64,000 nucleotides of DNA from Candidatus Bathyarchaeota archaeon (GTDB lineage Archaea; Thermoproteota; Bathyarchaeia; 40CM-2-53-6). The stretch covers positions 2,208,001 to 2,272,000 of the forward strand of contig CAVSBL010000002.1 in the NCBI GenBank assembly GCA_963726255.1, given 5' to 3'. The notes below the pieces were generated by a model that was not told the origin of the DNA, did not search any database, and was given only the letters and a program-made list of their open reading frames with translations. The position numbers and the translations under genes were made by a program. Of the stretch, positions 48,422-59,530 are shown in pieces (the stretch's first letter is position 1; each line of letters opens with the position of its first letter).

Positions 48422-48793
48422 CTACGCGAGTTTGCCATCTACGAATACCATCCTAAGCCCCCTTAAGTGATATATCACCTCTCTGAATTTCCCGATCTGC
48501 AATTCCTCCACAGGTTCAAATCCCTTGGTCTTCATCTCGGCCTTGGTCTTCTCAACATCAGTGACTCGAAGGTGGAAACTCCGTACTCTGTCGGGTCCGG
48601 GAACTTCAACTGGGCTCTCTAGCAGTTCGAACCCGAAGGGAGTCACAGCCCACCTCGCCGTGCCCTCCTTCAGTTTCGTTTCGTGAGTCTTGAACTTCGT
48701 GTCAAGCAGTTTCTCATAGAACTTCACAGCTTCATCCAAATTGCTCACTCCGACTGCCAACATTTCGAGCTTTTCGATCTTCATGCAATACAC
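48422..48793 (-). CDS. VOC/glyoxalase-family protein
   Basis: AVGVSNLDEAVKFYEKLL, FELLE, LRVTDVE. Confidence 0.82.
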   Translation of the reverse strand: MYCMKIEKLEMLAVGVSNLDEAVKFYEKLLDTKFKTHETKLKEGTARWAVTPFGFELLESPVEVPGPDRVRSFHLRVTDVEKTKAEMKTKGFEPVEELQIGKFREVIYHLRGLRMVFVDGKLA

Positions 48794-48840
48794 CGACTAC
48801 CCTATGCAGATCTAAGAACAAATATGAGTTGTGTTGGGAA

Positions 48841-49227
48841 TCAGTCTTCACGGCAGGCAATTGCGTTCATTTCAAGCAACATGCCAGGAATCACGAAACC
48901 TGCAACCACAGTAGTTCTAGTTGGCGGATTCTCGGGGAAGAATGTCTTGTAGACCTCATTCATCCTCTTGAAGTCGCGGCGTCTTTTCAAGAAGACAGAT
49001 ACCCTAACGATATCGGGCATCGCGAAGCCTGACGCATCAACAATCGCTCTGATGTTTTCAAGGGTCTGTCGAGTCTGTGATTCAACGTCCCGCCCCACCA
49101 GTTTGTCGGTTCTTGGATCAAAGGATCCTTGGGCCGCAACGAAGAGTAAATTGCCAACCGTGATGCCTTGAGAATAGGGACCAGCGGCAGGGGGCGCGTT
49201 TAAGGTTTTGACAAAACTCTTTGTCAT
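48841..49227 (-). CDS. RidA/YjgF-family enamine deaminase
   Basis: APPAAGPYSQG, QTRQTLENI, MNEVY, PPTRT, LEM. Confidence 0.93.
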   Translation of the reverse strand: MTKSFVKTLNAPPAAGPYSQGITVGNLLFVAAQGSFDPRTDKLVGRDVESQTRQTLENIRAIVDASGFAMPDIVRVSVFLKRRRDFKRMNEVYKTFFPENPPTRTTVVAGFVIPGMLLEMNAIACRED

Positions 49228-49378
49228 CTTGTGTCACATTGACGATTAGCGCTACTCTACGAACTAAATCGCTTCCGGTCCTTCACGAAGGCCCTACTTT
49301 GAGTCATCTCAAAACACGCTCGGCGTGTGAACACGCTAAATAGGTAAAGATCAGTAACTCGAGAAACGGGACGCAGTC

Positions 49379-51061
49379 TTGAATGTTGCAGAATCTGTGG
49401 CACAGACTTTACGTCAGTATGATGCTGATTATTTCTTCTTGGTAACTGGCGGCGACCAAGATTTCTGGTTCGCACTGCAGGACGCGGGAATCAAGTTTGT
49501 ATTGACCAGAAGTGAGAAAGCCGCGGTATACATGGCGGACGCCTACGCAAGAGTACGCTACAAACCTTCATTCGTATACGGACAGTTTGGCCCCGGCGCC
49601 GCCAATGTTGCAGCTGGTATGGCCGATCCGTTCTGGGCGTGTAGTCCCGTCGTAGCGATTACCAGTTCCATGTCAACTCAGCGTAGATACAAGCCTGAGT
49701 ACCAGGAACTAGATCAGACGCGAATGTTTGATCATGTCACAAAGTGGAACGGGTACGTCCCGACTCCCAATAGAGCCGCAGAGCTTACTAGGAATGCTAT
49801 CCGGGTGGCTGTAAGTGGCTGTCCAGGCCCTACCCACCTAGACATTCCTTGGGATTATTTCCCTCTTCAAGTTGAAATTCCCGAGATTTATGCTGAGGAC
49901 CCATGCAAGGAATACCCTGCGTTCAGATGTTCTCCCGATTCCTCCAAAATTCTTGAGGCTGCAGATCTGTTGGTGAAGGCCGAGAGACCAGTTGTCGTGG
50001 CTGGGTCCGGCGCAGTTCTCTCGCGTGCATGGAATGAACTAGTGCAACTAGCGGAACTGATGTCAATTCCGGTGGCAACAAGTATGGGAGGAAAAGGTAG
50101 CATACCGGAAGATCACCCGCTATCCATAGGCGTTGTCGGGAAATATTCAAGGAAGAGTGCAAACGACATCGTCTCGAGTAGTGACTTGGTACTCTTCGTC
50201 GGATCCAAGACAGGGGGACTTGTTACGAACGCCTTCAGCATTCCCAAGCAGGGAACTCGCGTCATTCACATAGATATTGCCCCCGAGGTTCAAGGCAGAA
50301 ACTACAAGACTGAGGTATCCATACTTGCAGACGCCAAACTTGCGCTGCGAGCCTTGGTTGACGTTCTCTTGCAAAGGAAGGTCTCGAGACCTATGATTAA
50401 TCCTTGGGTTGACGAAGTGAGAAAGATTACTGGCCAATGGAGAAAGGATTTTGAAGGTATAACCTCGAAGCCTTCACACCCGATCAAACCTCAACGAGTA
50501 ATGAAGATGCTAAGAGAGCTGCTTGGTAAGGACGATGTTGTTGTGGTCGATACAGGTTATATGGCGGCTTGGGCCGGTGCTCTTTTCCCCGTCTTGTCGA
50601 GCGGTAGGACGTTCCTGAGGGCGGCAGGATCTCTAGGGTGGGCGTTTCCTGCCTCACTAGGGGCGAAACTGGGCGCCCCGGACAAGACAGTTATTTGCGT
50701 AAGCGGCGACGGTGGGATAGGATACCACCTACCAGAACTGGAAACAGCGTTGAGGCTGAAGATACCCATAATCGCTCTTGTGCTAAACAATGTCTCTCTG
50801 GCTTTTGAATACCATGACCAGAAGTACCTGTACGATGGAAAGATAGTGAGTGGAGTGAACGATTTTCTCGATGTAGATTACGGAAAAGTCGCTTCAGCCT
50901 TTGGAGCGTACGGACAGAGAATAGACAGAGATGAGGAGCTCAAGGACGCAATTAAGCAAGCTCGTGATTCTGGCAAGCCAGCACTCATCGACATTATGGT
51001 CGACAAGGAGGAGTCTGGCCCCACCACATACTACGAGCAGATCATCGGGAGAAAACTCTGA
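49379..51061 (+). CDS. ThDP-dependent enzyme, acetolactate-synthase-like
   Basis: RSEKAA, GPGAAN, YQELDQ, GSLGW, GDGG...NN. Confidence 0.9.
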   Translation: MNVAESVAQTLRQYDADYFFLVTGGDQDFWFALQDAGIKFVLTRSEKAAVYMADAYARVRYKPSFVYGQFGPGAANVAAGMADPFWACSPVVAITSSMSTQRRYKPEYQELDQTRMFDHVTKWNGYVPTPNRAAELTRNAIRVAVSGCPGPTHLDIPWDYFPLQVEIPEIYAEDPCKEYPAFRCSPDSSKILEAADLLVKAERPVVVAGSGAVLSRAWNELVQLAELMSIPVATSMGGKGSIPEDHPLSIGVVGKYSRKSANDIVSSSDLVLFVGSKTGGLVTNAFSIPKQGTRVIHIDIAPEVQGRNYKTEVSILADAKLALRALVDVLLQRKVSRPMINPWVDEVRKITGQWRKDFEGITSKPSHPIKPQRVMKMLRELLGKDDVVVVDTGYMAAWAGALFPVLSSGRTFLRAAGSLGWAFPASLGAKLGAPDKTVICVSGDGGIGYHLPELETALRLKIPIIALVLNNVSLAFEYHDQKYLYDGKIVSGVNDFLDVDYGKVASAFGAYGQRIDRDEELKDAIKQARDSGKPALIDIMVDKEESGPTTYYEQIIGRKL

Positions 51062-51392
51062 ACGAGCCTAGGTGCGCTTAGATAATTCCCATGTTACGCA
51101 CACAATTAGCTGACCGCTTCATTTCTTTCACGGAGGTGACTCGCTGGCAATAGAAGCCCTTTCTGGATCAGGCTGCGTGATTATCTCGCAACTCAACAAT
51201 TCCGCCAAGAGATGTTACGATTAGGCCATGTTTTATGGAAGCGAGTCAATCCATCATCCACGACACGCTATGACGTCTGCCTCAAGTAGCATGCCCGGTA
51301 CGACGAAATGCAATGCGCCTTCTAAGCGATATATCATTTACAATTCAGGACTGCGAGTCATCCGCAATGAAGGCTAGCGGTGTGTGAACCTT

Positions 51393-52454
51393 TCATCGGT
51401 GCGCACCACTCGGCCCTAAGTCCGCATCGGAAATCTCGATGTGGAACCTTTCAGCTGTCTTCTTGATCTCTCTCCAAACTTCCTCAGAGATTGGTATTCC
51501 TTCTTTGAGTCGTCGTTCTTGCGCCCTAAACTCTGGTTCTCCGGGTATGAGGATCTCTTGCACTCCGGCTGCTTTGGGGGTGCTCTTGATCTCCACAATT
51601 AGCTTGTCAACCTTGGATGTGAAGTCTGACAAAGGCATAAAGGACCCAACGTTAACCGCCATCGCAAGAAACGCCTCAGTACCGGTGTAATCCGACAGTG
51701 CCCCCGCGCCACTTAGAATTCCACCCAATACTTCGTTTACGACGCCGAGACCGTAACCTTTGTGCGCGCCGAACGGAAGCAAGACGCCGCCCTGATCGAG
51801 TATTCTGGGATCAGTGGTAGGATTACCGTGCGAGTCCAACATCCAGCCCGCCGGGATAGGTTCATTGTGAACCATTGCAAGCCGTACTTTCCCTGCTGCG
51901 GCGACACTAATCGCGAAATCAATCACGATGTGGTTCTCTTGTCCAGCAGGAATAGCAAAGCAGACGGGATTGTTGCCTAAAACGCGTGTCCTTCCTCCCA
52001 GAGGGGCTACCAAAGGATCGGTCTTCACAAAAATGGCGCCTATCAGGCCTCGAGCGGCCGCTATCAATGGGTAGGACGCGAGCCTCCCAATATCATTGCA
52101 ATTTCGAGCTGTCACAACACCTATACCCAAACGCTTCGCTTTTGCAATTGCCAGGTCCATAGCTCTAGCCGCAACTACCTGACCGAATCCCCAATCGCCA
52201 TCAATTCGTGCGACAGCACCAAAGTCATTTACTGTTCTGATCTTAGCTCTGGGGTTGATCGGAAAAGTTGCTTCTCCCAGCATCCTAGCAACATACTTAG
52301 GAATACGTATTATCCCGTGTGTATCGACGCCGGCCAGGTTCGATTCTACAAGTTGGTTGCTTACTTTGGCTGCGTCGTCCGCTAATGCGCCCGCTGCTTC
52401 AAGAATCGTCTTTCCCAGATTTCTGAGCTTGTCCGCCGAGAAGGTCACGTACAT
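51393..52454 (-). CDS. Ldh_2-family (type-2 malate/lactate/sulfolactate dehydrogenase-like) oxidoreductase
   Basis: GVDTHG, DGDWGFGQ, LGNNP, LLPFGAHKGYGL, IPGE. Confidence 0.9.
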   Translation of the reverse strand: MYVTFSADKLRNLGKTILEAAGALADDAAKVSNQLVESNLAGVDTHGIIRIPKYVARMLGEATFPINPRAKIRTVNDFGAVARIDGDWGFGQVVAARAMDLAIAKAKRLGIGVVTARNCNDIGRLASYPLIAAARGLIGAIFVKTDPLVAPLGGRTRVLGNNPVCFAIPAGQENHIVIDFAISVAAAGKVRLAMVHNEPIPAGWMLDSHGNPTTDPRILDQGGVLLPFGAHKGYGLGVVNEVLGGILSGAGALSDYTGTEAFLAMAVNVGSFMPLSDFTSKVDKLIVEIKSTPKAAGVQEILIPGEPEFRAQERRLKEGIPISEEVWREIKKTAERFHIEISDADLGPSGAHR

Positions 52455-52684
52455 GATCGTGGGTTGAGGATCTACGTATAAATCACTATTCGTCTTCCGT
52501 ATATCCCGAGCCAAGGATTGTTAACTGCTTCGAGCGAATCCCTGCGCAGCTGTCGCGGCAGCGTACATCTCATGTTCGTGGTTTGCTGAAATCGAAACAA
52601 GCTGGCGGTTCTTTGAGTTGCACTTGCCCAACAGTTTGCAGAGAAAATGGAATCCTCCGCCACTCGTCAGCATCCTTAGGTTGT

Positions 52685-53824
52685 TTAGGAGCGGCTGAGT
52701 TTGTTCAGGATCTCATTCGTGTGTTGGCCGAGCAATGGCGGGGTTAGCCTCATTCTGAATTCTGTGTCAGAGAACTTGAAGGGTATCCCAGCTATTTTCA
52801 CCTTAGGGAGTCCGGGGTATTCGAATTCCTGAATCATTCCTCTGTGTTTCACTTGTGGATTATTGACGGCTTCCTCGACCGTACATACAGGTGCGCAAGG
52901 GATTCCAAACGACGCCAGCTTGTCAACGACTGCGTCCGCTCTAAGTTTGGAGATAGCGGAACCAAGAATGTCGTGCAAAATAACCCTATTGTGGACTCTA
53001 TGTTCATTGCTAGCGAATCGACTATCCCCAAGAAGGTTTCGAAGACCAAGAGCGTTGCAGAGATCTTCCCAGAATCTTTCGTTCGACGCAGCTAGGAAGA
53101 CATACCGATCTTGCGCCTTAAAGATCTCATAAGGTGCGATACCCGGCCATCCGGTTCCCATCTTTGGCGGCAGCTTACCGGTTATTGCGAAGTATGGGAT
53201 CCAGTACATCATCATCGTAAGTCCGCAATCCAACATGGAAATATCGATCCGTTCGCCTCTCCCCCTCTGCTCCCTTGTTCGAAGCGCCGCCATGATTGCC
53301 AGGGCCGCGTACATTCCGGAGATCGCGTCAAAAAGTGACGAGCCAATTCTGACTGGCGGCTGGCCTTCTTCTCCGGTCGTTTTTTGAATTCCTATTAGGG
53401 CTTGGATTACTGGATCCCAAGCTCCGCGATCGCTATATGGGCCGTCTTGTCCGAATCCTGTGATAGAGCAGAATATTAGACTTGGATTCAGACTTCGCGT
53501 TTGTTCGTATCCAAAACCTAGACGATCCATTACTCCAGGACGAAAATTCTCCACAATCACATCGCCCTCTCTTACGAGCTCTGTCAAGACTTTCTTATCC
53601 TCCACTGTTTTCAAGTTCAGTGTAATGCTTCTCTTATTCCGATTCAATGCCAGGAATTCAGACGCCCCCAAAAACATAAAGGAGCGGGCTTCGTCGCCAA
53701 CTTCAGGTTTTTCTACCTTAACGACGTCTGCTCCAAGATCGCCCAGGAGCATGGTGCAAAATGGTCCCGCTACATCATGACTTAGATCTACTACCTTTAC
53801 ACCATCGAGTGGAAGGATTGACAC
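52685..53824 (-). CDS. Family III CoA-transferase (CaiB/BaiF)
   Basis: PLDGVKVVDL, AGP, LGADVVKVE, NRNKRS, ENFRPG, GFGQDGPY, PPLLGQHT. Confidence 0.95.
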   Translation of the reverse strand: MSILPLDGVKVVDLSHDVAGPFCTMLLGDLGADVVKVEKPEVGDEARSFMFLGASEFLALNRNKRSITLNLKTVEDKKVLTELVREGDVIVENFRPGVMDRLGFGYEQTRSLNPSLIFCSITGFGQDGPYSDRGAWDPVIQALIGIQKTTGEEGQPPVRIGSSLFDAISGMYAALAIMAALRTREQRGRGERIDISMLDCGLTMMMYWIPYFAITGKLPPKMGTGWPGIAPYEIFKAQDRYVFLAASNERFWEDLCNALGLRNLLGDSRFASNEHRVHNRVILHDILGSAISKLRADAVVDKLASFGIPCAPVCTVEEAVNNPQVKHRGMIQEFEYPGLPKVKIAGIPFKFSDTEFRMRLTPPLLGQHTNEILNKLSRS

Positions 53825-54173
53825 GAGAACAAACCGAAGTGGAGTGAAAGAAAGATCAGCTAATTAGATTTGTGGATAAAAACCATGCAGTTCCATCACG
53901 GGACTGTGGAAAAGATTTCCGATTTTCTGGCGTCCTCATTGCCAATCACTAGAACACTTGATGTCCCAAGATCACATGAAGAAGTCCGCTGATCGCCAAC
54001 GAAGCAGAAACAATATTCTTCCACGGGACAAAGACCTGGCGATATTTCGCGCATGGTGATGCGCCAAGACTGCTGGCCTTCACGTCGTACTTGTTGATGC
54101 GAATGCTTGTTCTACGTACCCTACGTATCGTATTGAGTGAAGACTTAGAAAGACGGCCGCCTTACATACAACT

Positions 54174-55379
54174 ATGGGACGCATTAGAGGAAAAGTCGCG
54201 ATAGCGAGTTACGGGGAGACGCCGGTCAACAGAGAACGGACTAGAAACATAACGATTGAACAGTATCTGGCTCAAGCCGCGAAGCAAGCTCTTGACAGCG
54301 CAGGAATGTCAAAGTCGGACCTTCGTGATCAGGGGGTGGGGCTGCTTGAACCCGAATCTGTTCCGCCAATTTGGTCGATGCAAATTATCCAAGATCTCGG
54401 ACTCGAACCTCGAGTCGTTATCCGATCCGATCATGGAGGCATAGGAGCCGCGGCTCTGTTGGAGGAGGCGGGAGCAGTCATAAGTGCTGGAGTAGTTGAT
54501 ATGGTTCTGTGCCTCGGAGCTGATGCTCCGCTCAGCTATCTCCTTCACGGCGCAACATCAGGAGGAGGAGGCGCCCTGAGAGACTACACAAAGCCGTTTG
54601 GCATGATGGGCCCCAACAGTCAAATTGCTTTTGTCGCTCAGAGATATATTCACGATTACAACGTGAAACCCGAACAGGTCGGAAAGGTCTCCGTTGTGCA
54701 ACGCAACAATGCGGCTCTTAACCCGATCGCCTACCTGAGAGATAGACCTCTAACGATGGAGGATTACTTGGACTCCGGAAGAAACCCGATGGTCTCCGAT
54801 CCGATTAGACTTCTGGACTGCTGTATTCCAGTAAACGGCGGTTTGGCCTTTTTAGTGACGACGGTTGAGAAGGCTAAAGAAATCACCGATATACCGGTCT
54901 ATCCGCTGGGATTGGGAATTGCCTATAATTATCTTCATGGAAGCAGAATGCGACCCGACATCACTTACATGGGCGTCGTCAAAGCCTCAAGAGAGGCGTT
55001 GGCTGAGGCTGGGGTAAAGCACAAGGATTTTTCATTCTTTCAATGTTACGACGATTACACCTATGCCGTGCTCACGCAGTTAGAAGATAGCGGCTTCTGC
55101 GAGAAGGGCCGAGCAGGCCGTTTCCTGGAGGCGACGGATGTCTCCTTGGGAGGTGAACTCCCAATCAATACAGGCGGAGGACAACTATCTTCCGGGCAGT
55201 GTGGAATGTCAGGGGCATTCTTGCCTATGGTTGAGGCTATTCGTCAACTCAGAGGGGAAGGTGGAAAGAGGCAGGTCAAGGATGCCAAGCTAGGCTTCGT
55301 TAGTTTGATTGGAGCCATAGGTCAATACTGCGCGAGTTTGACAAATACAGCTGCTTGCGCGTTGGGAGTGGAGGTTTGA
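54174..55379 (+). CDS. SCP2/Ltp2-type thiolase-fold protein
   Basis: NPIAY, PIRLLDCC, YDDYT, LPINTGGGQLS, EAIRQLRG; no Cys at the usual nucleophile position (DHGG). Confidence 0.88.
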   Translation: MGRIRGKVAIASYGETPVNRERTRNITIEQYLAQAAKQALDSAGMSKSDLRDQGVGLLEPESVPPIWSMQIIQDLGLEPRVVIRSDHGGIGAAALLEEAGAVISAGVVDMVLCLGADAPLSYLLHGATSGGGGALRDYTKPFGMMGPNSQIAFVAQRYIHDYNVKPEQVGKVSVVQRNNAALNPIAYLRDRPLTMEDYLDSGRNPMVSDPIRLLDCCIPVNGGLAFLVTTVEKAKEITDIPVYPLGLGIAYNYLHGSRMRPDITYMGVVKASREALAEAGVKHKDFSFFQCYDDYTYAVLTQLEDSGFCEKGRAGRFLEATDVSLGGELPINTGGGQLSSGQCGMSGAFLPMVEAIRQLRGEGGKRQVKDAKLGFVSLIGAIGQYCASLTNTAACALGVEV

Positions 55380-55383
55380 GAGA

Positions 55384-55818
55384 GTGATTGGCACTGAAAG
55401 GGCCAATCAAAGACCCTTACCCGATGTGACTTCAATTGACAAATCCTTCTGGGAAGCAGCTAAGAAAGGAAAGTTGGTGCTCCAAGAGTGCGGCAACTGC
55501 GGAGCAGTCCAGTGGTATCCCAAACCTTGGTGCGCAGATTGCGGATCCCTGGATGTCGGTTGGACGGAGTCGAAAGGCCGAGGAACGGTTTACTCATTTA
55601 CAATTCCGCGTAGGGTTATGGACAATTCGCCTGTTTTTGAGTCCCAAATCCCATTCATCATAGCGATTGTTGAGCTAGAAGAAGGACCAAGGATGTACAG
55701 TAACATTATTGAATGCAAACCCGAACAAGCATCCATCGGAATGCCAGTTGAAGTTGTCTTCGAGAAAGCAACGGATGAGATTCAGTTACCAAAATTCAGG
55801 CCTAGAAGAAAAGTTTGA
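55384..55818 (+). CDS. DUF35 Zn-ribbon/OB-fold acyl-CoA-binding partner
   Basis: FWEAA, CGNC, YPKPWCADC, GRGTVYSFT, VELEEGPR. Confidence 0.93.
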   Translation: MIGTERANQRPLPDVTSIDKSFWEAAKKGKLVLQECGNCGAVQWYPKPWCADCGSLDVGWTESKGRGTVYSFTIPRRVMDNSPVFESQIPFIIAIVELEEGPRMYSNIIECKPEQASIGMPVEVVFEKATDEIQLPKFRPRRKV

Positions 55819-55945
55819 TTTCGTTGACCAAAGCGATTGTTCGAGGCCTGTAGCCTTCAAGCATGCCGAGTAGCATCAGGTAAAGACTGCAACAACTTCT
55901 GAGAACGCGGACGAAGATTCTGTTGATTTTGTAGGGTTGAGAGTA

Positions 55946-56920
55946 CTAGAGCGATAGTTCGCCACAAACACTTACTGGAAGTGCGTCGCGCGCGTCCCAT
56001 CCATTCCCCAAAATCCACATCAACTTCACTAAGGCAACTTCAGATAGCATGTCACCGACCGGAATCACGTTTGGAAGTGAAGCGATAGTTCTGTCAACTT
56101 TGAACATGTCAGGATTCAAACGAACTCCATCAAACCAGCATTGAGAAGAGAGTGCAAGTGGTTTTTCGAACTGACTGATGGTCGCAAGGAAGTCAGAGTC
56201 GTCGGTTCTGATTTGGCCCGAACCGTATGCCTCGATAACGGCTCCTGACATCCCTCTTAGCATTGTCAACATGCTGGTCGCCGTCAAGGCTGGGTGCATT
56301 TTAACCAGGGCGACCGAGGAGTTTAGTTTTGACTGTAGGTAGGGGGTTGTCGAGCTTCGCCTTCTCTGGATGAGACGCTTATCCAGTGTTACTTCTCCGT
56401 TCTTTACATATCCAATCTCTGGAAGATTGACGCTTCTGAAAGCATTGTTCCTGGTCCCTGAGATTTTTCGACATCTGGTTCCTCTTATCACTATTGCATC
56501 TTGTCCCGTTTCGAATTGGGAAAACACCACGCACACCTCTGCAAGATCAGAATCAGAGACTAGTGCGATCGCGTTCTGAAGGTTGCTTATTGCATCAGTC
56601 TCCGCATAAGATCCAGGAATCATGGACCCGGTGATGGCTATGGGAACGGGCAAATCCTTTATCATAAAACTCAGAGCAGCCGCGGTAAAGCCCAAGGTAG
56701 CTGTCCCATGAGTGATCACTATCCCATCGACGCCCTTCTTGCAGGTGTCGACCACGCATTGCGCGATTGTCACCCAGTCGTTTGGTCCAACGTTGTTACT
56801 ATCTTTGTTGAATATCTGAGTGAGGTCAATTTTCAAGTTCTGAGCGACAAGCTTTGAAAGGGGTTCGATCTGGCCTATAGTTCCGCCAGTTTCAAGTATA
56901 CACACTCTCTGCATGGACAT
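55946..56920 (-). CDS. L-asparaginase (type I)-like amidohydrolase
   Basis: TGGTI, KDSNN, THGTAT (Ala in place of the usual Asp of HGTDT), TGSM, EAYGSG, DMLSEVALVKLMW. Confidence 0.88.
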   Translation of the reverse strand: MSMQRVCILETGGTIGQIEPLSKLVAQNLKIDLTQIFNKDSNNVGPNDWVTIAQCVVDTCKKGVDGIVITHGTATLGFTAAALSFMIKDLPVPIAITGSMIPGSYAETDAISNLQNAIALVSDSDLAEVCVVFSQFETGQDAIVIRGTRCRKISGTRNNAFRSVNLPEIGYVKNGEVTLDKRLIQRRRSSTTPYLQSKLNSSVALVKMHPALTATSMLTMLRGMSGAVIEAYGSGQIRTDDSDFLATISQFEKPLALSSQCWFDGVRLNPDMFKVDRTIASLPNVIPVGDMLSEVALVKLMWILGNGWDARDALPVSVCGELSL

Positions 56921-57548
56921 CAGCTTGCGGGAGTGAGCTCTCCCAAATAACATTAGTTCTCGGACTAATCGTAGCACTAGCACATGCGCTGGCGCAGAAT
57001 AACATAGGTCGGGTCTGTCAAAAAACAACTGTGCCGACCTAAGGCAGCTCTCTCTCTGAAAGATGCTCACAACAGAATATTACCCGACCACAGTTGTGTT
57101 CCTCAATTCACCACATGTCTGTCACCAGTTTAGGGGTGTGCCTTCTCACTGATCCCAGTCACGTGGTAGGAGGGCATTTCGAATACTCATAGGTTTTTGG
57201 AAAAGGATCTGGTCGGAAAATCCACGACCACGAAGAAAGCCTCGCTAGGCTTGGTTTGGATGTTGGGGAGTTTCAGGTGGATTTGACTAAGAGCATGAGA
57301 ACAGAGATACGTGTTGCAACCCATAATCTAGAATAACCATGTCTGAGAACCGGAATGTTTCCCAAGCCAATATGTGATACGATAAATACTCCATAATGCC
57401 GAAAGAATTCGGTCACGGTGAGTTAAATCTGAAGCTCAGGAAATGGTGAACTTGCAAATACCCAGGAAATCAACGCTGATTCTAAGCCCCCAGGTTTTTC
57501 CGTATGAAGATCGACGAGAGTCTGAAGTCGAAGTGAGGAATTAGGGGC

Positions 57549-58523
57549 TTGCCAGAATTATTGTCAGTTCGAAATCTGAGGACGCAGTTCTTCACTGATA
57601 GAATCGTGACGGCAGTCGACGACGTATCCTTTGACGTCAGAAGAGGCGAGACTCTTGGTATCGTGGGGGAGTCGGGATCGGGAAAGACGGTGACAGCCTT
57701 GTCGATAATGCGCGTCGTTCCCCCTCCAGGAAGAGTGGTCGGCGGGCAGATCATGCTCGAAGGCGTGGGCGACCTTTTGTCTCTTCCAGAAGATGAGATG
57801 ACGTTAGTGAGGGGCAGAAGGGTAGCTATAACTCTCCAGGACCCGATGACTTCCCTCAACCCAGTAATGAAGGTGGGTGATCAAATCGTCGAGGGCATTC
57901 GTCACCGGGGCGCCAACAAGAGAGATGCTTTGAAGCAAGCACAAGGTCTGATGGAACTTGTAGGAATACCCTCTCCGGCCGCCAGAATGAACGACTACCC
58001 TCATCAACTCAGCGGAGGAATGCGGCAGAGAATTCTCATCGCGATGGCTCTTTCTTGCGAGCCCGAACTCCTTATTGCGGATGAACCGACGAGCGCCTTA
58101 GATGTCATAATACAGGATGAGATACTTGACCTAATGAAGCAACTAAAGGCAAGACTGAAGACCTCCCTCGTGATCATAACGCATGACCTTGGCATCGTCG
58201 CAGAACTAGCAGACAGAGTACTCATAATGTACGCTGGCCGCGTATTGGAAATCTCTGATGTCAAGACAGTTTTCTCGAGGCCCAGGCATCCGTATACGGA
58301 GGCACTTTTGAGAGCCATTCCCCGACTTGACGTTCCAATGGACAGACTAGACACCATCGAGGGCTCTATACCTAACATGGCCTCCCCACCTTCTGGCTGT
58401 CGTTTTCATCCCCGCTGCCCTTACGTCAAGGACATCTGTCGAAGTGACGTTCCAAAACTGCAGCAGGTGCGCGATGGTCATCTTTCCGCATGTATTAGGC
58501 ATAGCGACATTTGGAAGGATTAG
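57549..58523 (+). CDS. Oligopeptide/dipeptide ABC transporter ATPase (OppD/DppD)
   Basis: GESGSGKT, LSGGMRQR, ADEPT, GCRFHPRC. Confidence 0.95.
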   Translation: MPELLSVRNLRTQFFTDRIVTAVDDVSFDVRRGETLGIVGESGSGKTVTALSIMRVVPPPGRVVGGQIMLEGVGDLLSLPEDEMTLVRGRRVAITLQDPMTSLNPVMKVGDQIVEGIRHRGANKRDALKQAQGLMELVGIPSPAARMNDYPHQLSGGMRQRILIAMALSCEPELLIADEPTSALDVIIQDEILDLMKQLKARLKTSLVIITHDLGIVAELADRVLIMYAGRVLEISDVKTVFSRPRHPYTEALLRAIPRLDVPMDRLDTIEGSIPNMASPPSGCRFHPRCPYVKDICRSDVPKLQQVRDGHLSACIRHSDIWKD

Positions 58524-58534
58524 GGATTATTGCC

Positions 58535-59530
58535 ATGACGGACCCGCTGCTTAGAGTTGTGAGAGTGAAAAAGTATTTTCCTGTCGAACGAGGAATCGGG
58601 GGCTTTGGATCAACTTCCGAGTTTGTCCATGCTGTTGATGGAGTCAGTTTAGCCATAAACCAGGGACAGTCATTGAGCCTGGTTGGAGAGACAGGGAGCG
58701 GGAAAACGACCCTCGCTTTGATGATCGCTCTGCTAGCGAAACCTACCGTCGGAGAGATCTTCTTTGACGGCAAAGATATTTCGGCCCTTCGCGGTGGTGA
58801 AAGGCGGAGCATACGGCGCGATATTCAGATGATCTTCCAAGATCCTTATGCATCTCTGAATCCGCGAAAATCGGTGGAGAACATAGTTGGCTTGCCCATC
58901 AAGATTCACAAGATTGCTCATGGAGACAACATCAGACAAAGAGTATGTCAAATCCTGGAGATGGTTGGATTGAGCCCCGGCGACCAGTACGTCGACAGGG
59001 GTCCTCATGAACTGAGCGGGGGCCAAAGGCAAAGAGTTGCAATTGCTAGAGCCCTATCAACCAAGCCTAAATTCATCGTAGCTGACGAGCCCGTATCGTC
59101 TCTCGACGTTTCGGTTAGATCCCAGATCCTTAATCTAATGCGAGACCTCAAGGCCGAGTTCAATCTAACATATCTCTTCATTGCTCATGATCTTTCGGTA
59201 GTCAGGTACATGAGCGATTACGTTGCTGTCATGTACCTCGGTGAGATCGTCGAATATGCGCCCACAGAAGAGTTGTACAGCAATCCTCAACACCCTTACA
59301 CGCACGCTCTTCTTCATGCGATCCCAGTGCCTGATCCAGCAAAGACACGTATCAGGATCAAACTCCAAGGTGAGATGCCGAGCCCCATTCACCCTCCGAC
59401 GGGCTGCCGCTTTCACACAAGATGTCCCTACGCCGAAGAGATCTGTAAAACGAGCGAACCGATACTTCGATCCATGAAGGGTGGGCACCTAGTAGCCTGT
59501 CACCTGGCGCCGATAGACTACGGAAATTAG
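58535..59530 (+). CDS. Oligopeptide/dipeptide ABC transporter ATPase (OppF/DppF)
   Basis: GETGSGKT, LSGGQRQR, ADEPVS, GCRFHTRC. Confidence 0.95.
   Translation: MTDPLLRVVRVKKYFPVERGIGGFGSTSEFVHAVDGVSLAINQGQSLSLVGETGSGKTTLALMIALLAKPTVGEIFFDGKDISALRGGERRSIRRDIQMIFQDPYASLNPRKSVENIVGLPIKIHKIAHGDNIRQRVCQILEMVGLSPGDQYVDRGPHELSGGQRQRVAIARALSTKPKFIVADEPVSSLDVSVRSQILNLMRDLKAEFNLTYLFIAHDLSVVRYMSDYVAVMYLGEIVEYAPTEELYSNPQHPYTHALLHAIPVPDPAKTRIRIKLQGEMPSPIHPPTGCRFHTRCPYAEEICKTSEPILRSMKGGHLVACHLAPIDYGN

Noticed and set aside
57070-57540. Long intergenic gaps in the island (also 51062-51392 and 53825-54173) as hidden genes or ncRNAs
   Set aside because: Only short motif-less frames and no convincing stems or C/D boxes; left unannotated.
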